From Obrimoposthia wandeli (taxonomy: Eukaryota), in assembly GCA_977020255.1 (NCBI GenBank), contig CDROCS010002621.1, positions 62,001-126,000 on the forward strand: a stretch of 64,000 nucleotides of DNA, given 5' to 3'. Positions 36,571 to 48,100 of this stretch are shown in pieces. Every line of letters starts with the position of its first letter. The stretch's first letter is position 1. The position numbers and the translations under genes are program-made. The notes below the pieces were generated by a model. The model did no database searches and was not told the origin of the DNA. It was given only the letters and a program-made list of their open reading frames with translations.

Positions 36571-36622
36571 ATCTCCGACGGGAAAAAAGCCCGTTTCGCC
36601 CTACCGGGCTCATCAGGGAGAT
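36571..36622 (-). ncRNA. Type I hammerhead ribozyme
   Basis: Minus strand reads AUCUCC-CUGAUGA-GCCC-GGUA-GGGC-GAA-ACGGG-CUUUUUU-CCCGU-C-GGAGAU: complete catalytic core, three perfectly paired stems and a GUC cleavage triplet (cut between 36577 and 36576). Confidence 0.92.
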
Positions 36623-37309
36623 GGCTTGTTATCTCTAACTTCGCGGTGGATTCCGCGAAGCCAGAGATAACAATAATAAAATGCCAGGGAAAAGAGGGAA
36701 AGATTCCCCCTTTCATGTGCCGATGAATATCGTCGACATGTGATGTTGGTGTGCGCAAGTGCACAATTCAACACACACACACACTCACTCAACTTTCACT
36801 CACTCACACTCACAACTCACTCAACTTTCATACTCACTCTCCTTACTCACTCACTCACATTATGTTTGGTGTGTATGTGTGTATAAAACTTTCCCATCTG
36901 CCCAGATACGATGTTTATGGATGGAATTTTCGGATCGGCGTCGGTGTGTTTGGGCTGCACACCGAGTTCCCTCTCTGCCCAGATCCGCTGCCATCGGTGT
37001 ATGTGTGCAGCAGTATTTCTTCTTGCAGTTTCTGATTTGTCTGATCGTTTACCAGTGGAATTGAGGTTGTAGTGCAACTGATTGACTTGTTTTCTATAGT
37101 TTGAAGTGGAGCTTTGATTTTTTAAGATTCACATTCGAACAAGATAGTCTAATTGGATTAACAAACAGAAAAAGCTCTGGAAATTGCAACATCACTGTCA
37201 GCAGTTTGTTTGAATATTTAAGCTGCACACTGCTTACTAAAAGGCCAGTGGAAAAAATTTTATTACTAAATTCTTAAAAATTTGGAATCGAATCTATCGA
37301 ATAAATATA

Positions 37310-37805
37310 TTATAACAATTTGAACAATTTTATTTGCAGCTATAACAATTTGAACAATTTGACCATTTCCGGATATTGATTTGATTTAGGAACAGGACTA
37401 TATTGTTATTCTAAAATATAACAATTTGAACTATTTGATTTGCAGCTATAACAATTTGAACAATTTGACCATTTCCGGATATTGATTTGATTTAGGAACA
37501 GGACTATATTGTTATTCTAAAATATAACAATTTGAACAATTTGATTTGCAGCTATAACAATTTGAACAATTTGACCATTTCCGGATATTGATTTGATTTA
37601 GGAACAGGACTATATTGTTATTCTAAAATATAACAATTTGACTTTCAGCTATAACAATTATAACAATTTGACTTTCAGCTATAACAATTTGAACAATTTG
37701 ATTTGCAGCTATAACAATTTGAACAATTTAATTTGCAGCTATAACAATTTGAACAATGTGATTTGCAACTATAACAATTTGAACAATTTGACCATTTCCG
37801 GATAT
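37310..37805. repeat. Nested tandem repeats (106-bp x3 and about 30-bp units) in the copy A LTR
   Basis: GACCATTTCC recurs at 37361, 37467 and 37573; ATAACAATTTGAACAATTTGATTTGCAGCT units follow. Confidence 0.9.
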
Positions 37806-37871
37806 TGATAAGATTGGGAAAATAAAAAGAATTGATAATCAGAAATTACTTGTTTTTTCATTTAATTAACA

Positions 37872-40650
37872 CATATATGGCATAAGTATTAACAACAGAA
37901 AAACAAAAAACAAAAAATAACATAATGATCAAGTGGAAAATTCAACAAAAAATAGACGACTTAGACAAAGCCATTATTAGAATTATATAAAAGACTTAAT
38001 TCTAATTTTTAGAAAGATACAAAAAAACAATTAGAAAAATTTCAAGCCAAACAAATTTGATCATAAAAAATTTAAGATATTCAGCAAAAAAATCATACAG
38101 AATAGGGAATATGTGATCACTAACAACCCAATAATGTAAAGACAATGAGGAAACAAATTTGAAATTTGTAAAATAATTAACAAAATTAACAATTCTAGGA
38201 ATAAAGATAAATATAACAATTCACGATTTTTTGCGGTAACTGGCTATTAATTGAAGTTAGTGAATACATTAAAGAAACTGCCACAAAACATATACAACAT
38301 ACAATAAGACACACAACTAAAATATATCAAAATACAATTCAATTTAATATCCCAGAATTCAAAATTTTTAAAACAAAATAAACAATATTTTAAAAGTTTT
38401 AATTAAAACGTTGGGGTGTTTTATAGTAAACAAAACTACTCTTACGATGAAGATGGAACAGAACTCATAATAACAATAATAATAATTGAAATATTAATAC
38501 TCGTCATAAAAACATCGTGGAAAATCAGAATTTCAAAACACAAGAAAATTTCAAAACAAACTCCTCGAATTAATTTTATGGGCTCCTAAGACCATTTATA
38601 ACATATATTATACCAAACTCTACAAACTCATCCAATGTATCAATAAACACGTTAATTGAAAACAATAAACAAACACGACAAAAAACCTTTACTAATTCTA
38701 GGTATTTTTATATTAGTAAATGTATCATCATTTTTTTAATAAATTTAAAATATCATTGGGAAAACTCCACGCCTGCAATCAAAGTCATAAACTAAAAAGA
38801 AAAATTCAACACGTAAAACATCAGCAAGATGATTATATTAAAAATATAAACAAAATGACAAACTGAAATAGAATATCAAAGATTGGTGGACGAAAATATT
38901 AATCAAAATATAGAAATCAATAAACATGAAAAGGAAATTAAATCTAATTCCTATACAAGTAAATAAGATAATTTTTATCGTCGAATTGATGCCTAACAAA
39001 CAATATTATTATCTCTACATGCGCAAACCCGACTATTGATAAACATATTTATTTTTCCAAACATGAAATGAAATTTATTTTTCGAAACGATTCGGGAAAT
39101 GTGTCTGAAAATTAGTCTTTGTAACCAAATTAACGTTTTTCATTTGTTATTAAAACCAGCTATCTCATAAAGCGCAAATATTTTTTTATTTCTGACAATG
39201 ATAAATATTCATTGTAATAAACCCCCTAATAACCCCCCACAAACTAACCATTCTTTCATAACTTTTCTTATTACCAAATACATTTTTTTATGAAAATTTA
39301 CATATTTTTTGAAACACCAACAGATGGATATAACCTCCAATCACTTGGATATGACTCCAGACCAAAAAGGGAATACTCGGTCAAATAAAAAACTAAACTC
39401 AAAAACAATTGCAAGAGTGACGCTAGGGTGCATGCCAGAAAAATCAGTTTTAGCAAGATTTCCTTACCAAAAAATGCGCCAGTTTTGTATCGAATTTTTT
39501 AAAGAAACGGTAGAGGCAGAAAATTGTTTGCCATCAAACGCCCATTCACAATAAGCCAAAAATCACCACAGAAGAAAGTATGAGTGCATTGATTTTTGCC
39601 AACGAAGATAGTGATTGTGAAAGTGATTGAAAAAGTGATTGTGAAAAAATATTTATTCACCTGCACGAGGAGTAGCTCATAGAACATATAATACGCTAAT
39701 TTTTTTATGATATGGAATCACACATTCACTTTACTAGCAGCATAGTTAGAAAATTTGTACTACATAAAAATAGCAAAAGATCTAAAGCAATTATTCATCG
39801 ACAAAATAAGGACATCGGAAATACCACAACAGATAACCCTAATGGAATTGAGAGAAAGTCAGAGGTCGGCAATACTGTTCATTGATTCTGAAATGGTTAT
39901 AACAGTGAACAAACAACCTGTATTGACAATTGGGTCTATTATAAATTACACAAGCGAAGTAATGGTAGATACACTATGCATTACCAGGAAAAGGGTAAGA
40001 AACTATGTGATGAGAATAACAGCCTTACGATTAAAAATGTGGATTTTGTTCAACATTGTTGATTTGAAAATATCAACGACCCCAAAAATGAGTTAAATCA
40101 TAGCCACCCAAACATTGTACTTGCAAACATGATACGCCAATACCTAAACATAGAAACTCAAGCAGGAGTTAACACTGCCATGGAAGATGCAACTCATATC
40201 AGATAAAATTTCGGATTAAGGAAAACAATGTCGAGAGAAGAGTTTAATTTGACCGAGGTACTAAACCCTATAATAGACAATACGAACAGACAAAGTTCCT
40301 CGGTTGAGACAGTGACCAAAGGCCTCGAATGCGGCACACAGAAATTTCCAATTGTCCTGATTTAAGGTATTTTACTCTTCTCGTTCTTTCTTGATAAACA
40401 GTTTTATTTCTGAAAAACATTACCTACCCAAACATATAGCAATAACAAACCTTTTTATTTACTCAATAACCTATAGATGCAATACTTTAAATTTTATCTA
40501 AAATAACCAACTATTGACTTTTAACATTAATGCATTTTTCGTTTGCACTAGGTACAGTTAGTCGTAACATTGATGATCAAATCGAATAATTTAAATTTTA
40601 GTACAAAAACGTTGTATTTCTGAAGATAACATTTTTTCTAACCCCGGTAT
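37872..40650 (+). pseudogene. Copy B, 3' remnant: degenerate FN3-like ORF, coiled-coil ORF and DEDDh exonuclease
   Basis: Colinear with copy A 33408-36383, e.g. AAATAGACGACTTAGACAAAGCC vs AAATAGATGACTTAGATAAAGCC; MPEKSVLARFPYQKMRQF vs MPERWYLAKFLYQKMRQF; FIDSEMV; TAMEDA. Confidence 0.85.
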
Positions 40651-41300
40651 TGTTGGGAATATTAAAGATTCCCGTGAAATCAAATATAATAATGGCAGAA
40701 GTGCGTTACGGTAGGGAATATTCGATCATAGATCAGGTGGCCCCTTCTGGGTCGCTTCAATCTGCAATCGAAATAAATTCAGAAAGGATTTGATGCATCC
40801 CTCTTTTTTCACCTGTACAGTACATTCTCCCTGCCAGTCCCCAAGATATCTCATCTCTACCCTGATGTGGCTTCTCACCGTATCTCCTTTATTGCAAGTC
40901 CCAGGATCAACACTTCTCCATGTGAGTTTCCCAAGCAAGGTCGAATGTCTTCTCGTTACCAGTAATGAACAAAATGATAAAAACCTACACAATCCAACTT
41001 ACAATCTTGTCTGAATTATTGTGTGTGCTGAGTTATACAAGATGTATTTGATTAAAAGTGAGCAACATCCGTGTGTGTGTGTTTGATTATTTTGCATGCA
41101 CACTTTTCTGTATTATTCTTGTCTCGTTTTACCCATTTTCCTCTCGTTCTTGGCAGACACAAGTCATAATGTTGCCACCACCACATTGAGTTGTTGTCCC
41201 ACTTTCTGAGTTTTATCCTGTTGACTATGTGTTTGAATGTCACTATCTTTGATTGCATGTTGAAAAATATTGTGTGGTAAATAATCCTCCCTTATAAACT
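40651..41300 (+). repeat. Putative 3' LTR of copy B (right end not resolved)
   Basis: TGTTGGGAATATT starts directly after TTCTGAAGATAACATTTTTTCTAACCCCGGTAT, the counterpart of the sequence preceding copy A's LTR. The end coordinate is a guess. Confidence 0.45.
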
Positions 41301-42146
41301 GAAGTTTTTCTGCAAGAAATCCCTCGCATATTTACAACAAATAAATAATCAGACACAAATTTCTCAATCTTGATCTTTTAATTTTTTAGTAGAACAACAG
41401 TTTTGGTTTTGTAACAATTTCAGTTTGGAATTTTCGATAATTATAATGTTGGTATTTGACAAAAAAATCTGATTTAGTCGCAAGGCATTGATTATTACTT
41501 TTGTAATTTATATTACAATATAAACTAATTTTGACTTTTAAGTTTATAAAATATTGCTCAGCACAAATAGCTAAACCAAAATTTCCCATATTTTCCGTTT
41601 ATCCAATCAATTTTTATTTATTTACGACTTTTATTTATTATTGAATAAAAATCGGAAAACTTTCATGATTTTACATTATGTTAACATTAAAAAAATTTAC
41701 AGATACTTTAATTGTTCAATGCATTTTACATTATTAACATTTAAAGAACATTATCTATACATTATTTAATTTTTTATAAATTATAAAAACTTTAGAAATC
41801 AATTTAACAAACTTACTATTTCTCAAATTATGACATGAAAACAATAAAAGCAATATAGTTAATTATTAATAAAATACGATATTTCTTTGTAATTTTATGT
41901 GCGAGCGAACATTTTACACTTTTACATCTGCTCATATTGTTTTAATATCATAAGGTGTAAATAACCATCAATTCAAATTTTCAAATATAATTTTTATAAA
42001 AATTTTATTTAATCTTTTGAAAGATAGTCATTACATATTTTCAATAAATTAACTTTCTTTACATTTTTTTCTTAATTAAACTAATAATTTCTGTAAATTT
42101 TTTCTATTGAATTACATTCTTTTATTTTTTAGTTTTAGGGAATGAA

Positions 42147-45100
42147 ATGAGATTTCGACTATTTTTCATTTATTATTGTATCCAGACAGTAATATCCCTG
42201 AGTTCTTTCATTAAAAACTATGATTCTGTGAACTATGATACTGATTCACATAAGCGATTTCGGCGGTCAGCAATTCAGAATAATGACGGCAGCTACAATG
42301 TTATATTTCAAGCATTTAAAAAGAATTTTCATCTGAAATTGAATAGAGTTGAAAATATATTTGACGATAATACTGAAGTTTATCTGGGAAATAATCGCTA
42401 TGAACTTGACGATATGGTGCCGGTTAGTGGCAAATTGAAATACAAGGCATCGAGTAGTATTTACGGAACTATGGTTGATGGAGTATTTCGTGGAGTGATT
42501 GTGGAAGATTCCCGAAACATATCCGATGGAAAATGGTTCGTTGAACATTCGGGGTACTATTTCGACAGTGATCCTGGATTTCATTCCATTATTTACCACG
42601 ACTCTCACGTCAATCACCGCACTAGTGGCTGTGGCTGGCTTAATTCCAATGTCAGCAATGAAATGTACCGAATGACCTTATCTCACAATAAACATCCAAA
42701 CTTAACACATTGTAAAAAGTGAGTGTAGATTTACAATTTATTTTATATAATTATTTGCGTAACATTAACATGATCAACTTTAAAAATGTGTCAAAAAGTG
42801 TCAGAATTACATAAGGTAAATAATTACTTGATTGTTGCATGTTTGATAAGTGTTACATAAAGCCAATTTTAATTTTGTTTTATGCAGGTTTCTAAACTTT
42901 AATTATAAACTAAATTATCTACTAAACGATACCATTTACTACACACCATATTCTATTTGATTTTCACTTTTACCCATACGTTTTAATATTTTATTGAGTA
43001 ATGTGATTTAATCGAATTTTAAGGGCTGTTTGAAATTCGCATGAACAGCTAATCATTTTAAAATTAGTATTATTATTTTATTCGCGTCTGGTTTTCAGGA
43101 TATTTTGATTTTATAATGTGTTTCTTATGTTATTTTGAATCCTGACATAATAAAGAAACTGCATATTTTGATGGTTTAATATAAGTAATGGGTGAGTGTT
43201 TACACTATTGACAATGCGAGCATAGTTGTTAATGACTGTCAAACACTGGGATAATGAGCAGCCTCTTTATTTGTACAGCCACACAGACAATAATAGACTT
43301 GAACATAATTAACATAAGCGATACACATGACATACAGTGTTGGTTAGTATCTGTATAACAGTGTAATGTTGCTTTACATTTTTAAAATATCTTATGCATT
43401 GCTGTACACCACTCTCAGTTTCCTGACAAGCTTATAATTACATAAGAATATTGGGTCAACTGTTTTCTTTTCTGCTACCTTAACTGTATGAAAACCAACG
43501 AACCTACATTTACTGTCAGTCATTGAGAATATAAACAAAACATCGATATGCATTAGAAGTCATCAATAGTGACCTATTTGTGTCAAATATTCGTTATCAA
43601 CTTGATTGTGAACTAGATTACAGATAACATAATGATGATTTGTGTTTACAAAACTTGGACAATTATCTTAACCAGTTTTTTTGACTCTATTCGGATTTGA
43701 GAGAATTATTATGATAAATAAATATGTTGGTTTTTAACTGTTTATTAGATAATTATCTGTTTTATGGGGTTTAAGGTCCTAGTTGCAAACGTTTACTAGG
43801 CTTAACAATAGTATATTTAATATGGTGCTAATATCTATTTAATCTATGATTTATTACTCAAAAGCACTTCTTGTTTTCTATTATTTTAGGTAATATTTTC
43901 TAAACTGTACAGTTTTCTTCTGCTTCTTGAGTTATTCAACATTGTTACAGTTTCTTATATTCATCGGTAAATTGTTGTAAAATTTCAGAGCAATAAATTT
44001 CAAATAGTCCATTACTCGGTTTGTTATTCGAAAAATTCTTGATCATTCTTCAGTCATCGTTGCTCCTAAGATTTTTGTGAGATAATACATCGTCAATTAA
44101 GTGATAACTCGTAGCCTAAATGAATATATAAAAACACAATATCAGATTTTATGTTTATGCTGAATGGAAAGAAAATCCTGGAACGAGTGGGTTTATGGTA
44201 AATTGTACACAGTTTGAGGAGAAGAGTGTTTCGACGAATAATTGTAATTTGTGATGACTTCAAGTTATTACATGTGGTAAATGTTTAGTGTATGGCAACT
44301 AATTTGCAGATATGGAAGTTATACTTATAATTTATCATTTTGTCGGATCAAGCTTATAGACTGTTGATTTTTTTAATGTAAAACATTCCAGTAGAAAAAA
44401 AATTGTTTAACGATGTTATCAGGTCCTCAAAAGTCACCGAAGACATCTTTCACGGTCGCCAGAAACGGTCCGCAAAGTCCAAAAGCAGTCAGTACGTGTG
44501 CAATCTCTACTTGCAGTCTGACACTTTTTTGTGGAACAAGGTCTTCAATCTGCCTCACATCCGACAGAAAAAACATCTTGCCATGAAAGAAATCAGCTCC
44601 ATTTTCACGCAGCATGTCCAGGGCGCTCAAGCCATCTATCAGAATACTGTCTTCCAGAAGATAGAGGTAAGCAGCGAGAAGATACTACACTTCTTCGATT
44701 GATTGTAAAATCCAACATTTATGTTAGATGTAAGCCGCATATACTGGTCACAATTCGTGATAACCTTGGAAAGGAAACACCAAATAGGAATTAAAATAAA
44801 AGTTTACATATTTAACATCCATTTAATTCAAATTTTAATTTTCGATATCATCTCCATCAATCTCTATAACTCTCTATAGTCGATATCTGCAATTAGCGAA
44901 ACCATCCTTTAACAATACGTATGAAACTTCTTCAACATATTTTATTCTAATTTTGAGCTGTGAACAAGTCAGTGTAGTTTTTTTAACTTAAATTGCCCAA
45001 AAGATATACAAAAAGTGTAAAGTTCTGTCAACATATAAATTTATATGGACATTTAGGAAAAACAACTATTTGGCATCTCAAAAAACTTATATTTACAAAA

Positions 45101-48100
45101 AACTACTTGTGTAAAAAAATTTAAGACAAATATTTTTCCTACCAAAATGACGTACAACTTTTATAAAGAAAATCAATTTTGTCGCCAATTTTATTTTGAA
45201 AACCCTCTAAGGTCATACCATTCCTTACCCAAGTCTATTATGATTCCCAATGAAAAGAAGAAAACAATTGTCCATTATGACTCAAATTTGATTTCTGTTC
45301 ATTTCCAACTTGTGCAAAACCAATAATGTCATATTATGGTTCTAACGACATTTAAATATTTTTTATGTTGAAAAACGTTTTAGTTTATCTTGTATAATTT
45401 CGGCTCAGTTTCGGATTAAATATCTACACTGGTTTTATTTACACTGTTTGATTGTTTATAATAATGTTTGTGAACTCGCCAGTTATTTTAATCCACAATC
45501 GATCAGGGAACTTTCCAAACAACTTTTTTTGACATGAAGATCCATTTTGCATGAAAATCATATTTCGTTTCACCGACATTAAATTAGGATAAAATGTTTC
45601 AACCAACTTGTATAAATAATTAATATCAATTACATTTAAAGTGAAGAAAAAGGGGCAGCGAGTCTTGCTCAAACAAGTTAAAGTGAGTGTAGCCAATGTT
45701 AAAACTATTGTCTATTAACTCATCTTGTTCAAAATTTAGTCTCTTCCCCTTTCAGTTTATTTAAAATAAGAGTTTTTACTTCTGTTCGTATTCTCACCTT
45801 ATCTGAGTACAAGACCGAGAATCGTTCGACTTCTGATTTGTCACTCCATCCCTCATCAATTACAATATGAAAAGGAATTCATTATTGTCAATTATAAGTA
45901 GATACTTTCTATCAATTAATCATGTCTCAACATTTTGCTCCATTGTGTAGGGCGGCGGCTCCGTCTACCACGGCATTGGATTCCGAGTGGACCGAGTCCG
46001 CATCAACACCACATTGGACTGCCAGGCACCACACGACGCCAGAAATCCCTTCTGTGATGCCAACATCGATGTCACCAATTTCCTGAATCTCAACTCCTAT
46101 GTACAGCACGACGACTTCTGTCTGGCCTACGTGTTCACGTACCGGGACTTCTCGGGCGGTACCTTGGGGTTGGCCTGGGTCGCTGAGCCCGGAGGCAGTG
46201 GCGGCGTCTGTGAGAAGCACCGCATGATGCAGGAAGGCAGCGTCAATGTGCGCAAGAGCCTCAATACGGGCATTGTCACTCTGCTCAACTACGGCAGCTA
46301 CGTGAGTTTTCTCTATGTCTCTCATAATGGAATCAGACTTACAGAGACAACATATTTCTACCATAGGAAATAAGTTCCGTGAAGAAATAGTTCACACAAA
46401 TTATGATCTAGCCAATTTCTAGAGATAGCAAATTTACAGAGATAAATACAGTTTTTGTTTGCACCCGTTTTACGACGTGTTTCACATTTAATTCTGATAT
46501 AAACCGAAATACCTTGTCGCAAAAGCGTTGCCTGTATACCCGAAAAGTATTCATATTTGCCCAGTAGACATAAAATAACGTATAAATAAGTAGACTGAAT
46601 AGGGATCTAGCCAAATCTAAAAAATCTATCCCCATACATAAAAGTAAATTGTAGTAAAATTAATTATTTATGTCACCTAGTCGTAAAGCAACGAGTTATG
46701 AATTGGAAAAGAAGATACAATGATATGCTTATGTGCCTATATGTGCCTATGCTTACTTTAAAACTCGATGTGGTATTAATCCGCTTCAAATAATCAAACA
46801 ACTATGAGAGCAGGACTCAGATGAGGTTCCATCAAAATGCTGCAAGAAAGTTAAATTTAGCTTAATGAGGATGTTGGTTGTGATCGTCCGTTGATTGCAG
46901 CTGGGGATGAAAGTGTTCGGTTCATAAACAAATTCTTTGATGAATTCCCAGCGCTGTCTCTTCGTATCCTCATCGATGATTTGCAGAAGAGTAAGGTCTA
47001 TTAGACAAAAAGTACATCATCATTTTCCACAACAAGCAAAAACAACGAAGATCGTATGGTGTGTGAACTATCAAAAAGGATATGATTGGGAAAGAATCTA
47101 TGAATGATCTGCTCCGATGTTGGGCAACAGAAGACAAAACTCGATTGACAGCTGTTTTTCAGCGTTAATAAATCGGAAAGTAATGCTTCTGATTGCCTTT
47201 GCTAGAGACGGGAAGGTTTCAATTGAATATTGTAGACCGAGAAACACAATAACCTCAGAACGGTATATAGAAAATTTTCGTAATAATCGAAATAAATACC
47301 AAGCTCAGTGAATTGTGGTGACAAAACGACAATGCGGATCAAACTGTACGATTTTGTGAAGTTAAGCAAATGAAACTAATCAAACAGTCTCTTTACAGTC
47401 CTGTCTTCAGTCACTGCGATGGTTTGTATTTAATCTTGAAAAGGGAGTTGAGGAAAGATCATTAAACTGATGAAAAATAAATTCAATGTCAGATGCTATA
47501 TCTTTCTTCTACTTTTGCTTACACTTCAAATAATTAAAAAAACAATAAACGTATGATTTATCATCATTCTACATTATCAGTATGAATGTTATAGGAACAA
47601 ACTTAATTTTTCAAAGTGAAAATCACTTTAAAATCAAATGAGTCAATGTAACTCGGGTATGAGTAGTTCTGAAATGTTGCAAAGAAATGGTTTCAATACT
47701 TATTTCACTGTGTGTTGGCTCTGACACTGCTTCAGTGCTGCTCTTTTCTGCAGTTTGTCTGTGACATTGACGTCCACTAAACCAATGAACATATGTCGGT
47801 CATTACGCTGGTCAGAAAGAAACTGCTGGCCGATTTTTGGAATCTTTTCTTTAGGATAGTTATATGAATGAATATCACCGCACTTACACGATGAAAAGTC
47901 AAACAATTTTTTCGAACCTTCCAAAAACATATCAAGTTTTTGTTTATAACTTTCCACATTCAAAGCCTTATAGGGTTTGATCAATGTTAGATACTTGTTA
48001 TGATAGGAGAGTATTTTATCATTAATTTGTTTCACAGTTACACTAGGAATGGGGGCACTACCGTAACATTTTGAAATTATTTCAGCCAATGTCTTACAGA

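Larger units (their letters stand above)
22584..37871 (+). mobile_element. Ty3/Gypsy (Metaviridae-like) endogenous retrovirus-like element, copy A, decayed; gag-env-pol plus three accessory ORFs; only the 3' LTR found
   Basis: Domain order PR-RT-RH-IN with a GPY/F motif is Gypsy-type. The internal region ends at 36383 and is followed by a TGTT...AACA-bounded LTR. There are about 10 stops/frameshifts and one solo-LTR insertion. No matching 5' LTR was found, so the left boundary is approximate. Confidence 0.9.
36384..37871 (+). repeat. 3' LTR of copy A (about 1.49 kb)
   Basis: Starts TGTTGGGAAAAT right after GAGGACAGAGACTTTTATGACCCGGAGGAT, a context also seen before copy B's LTR. Ends TTAATTAACA, after which copy-B FN3-like sequence resumes. 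Contains a TATA-like TATAAAA at about 36882, AATAAA at about 37300, a (CACT)n tract and tandem repeats. The end position is inferred. Confidence 0.65.
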
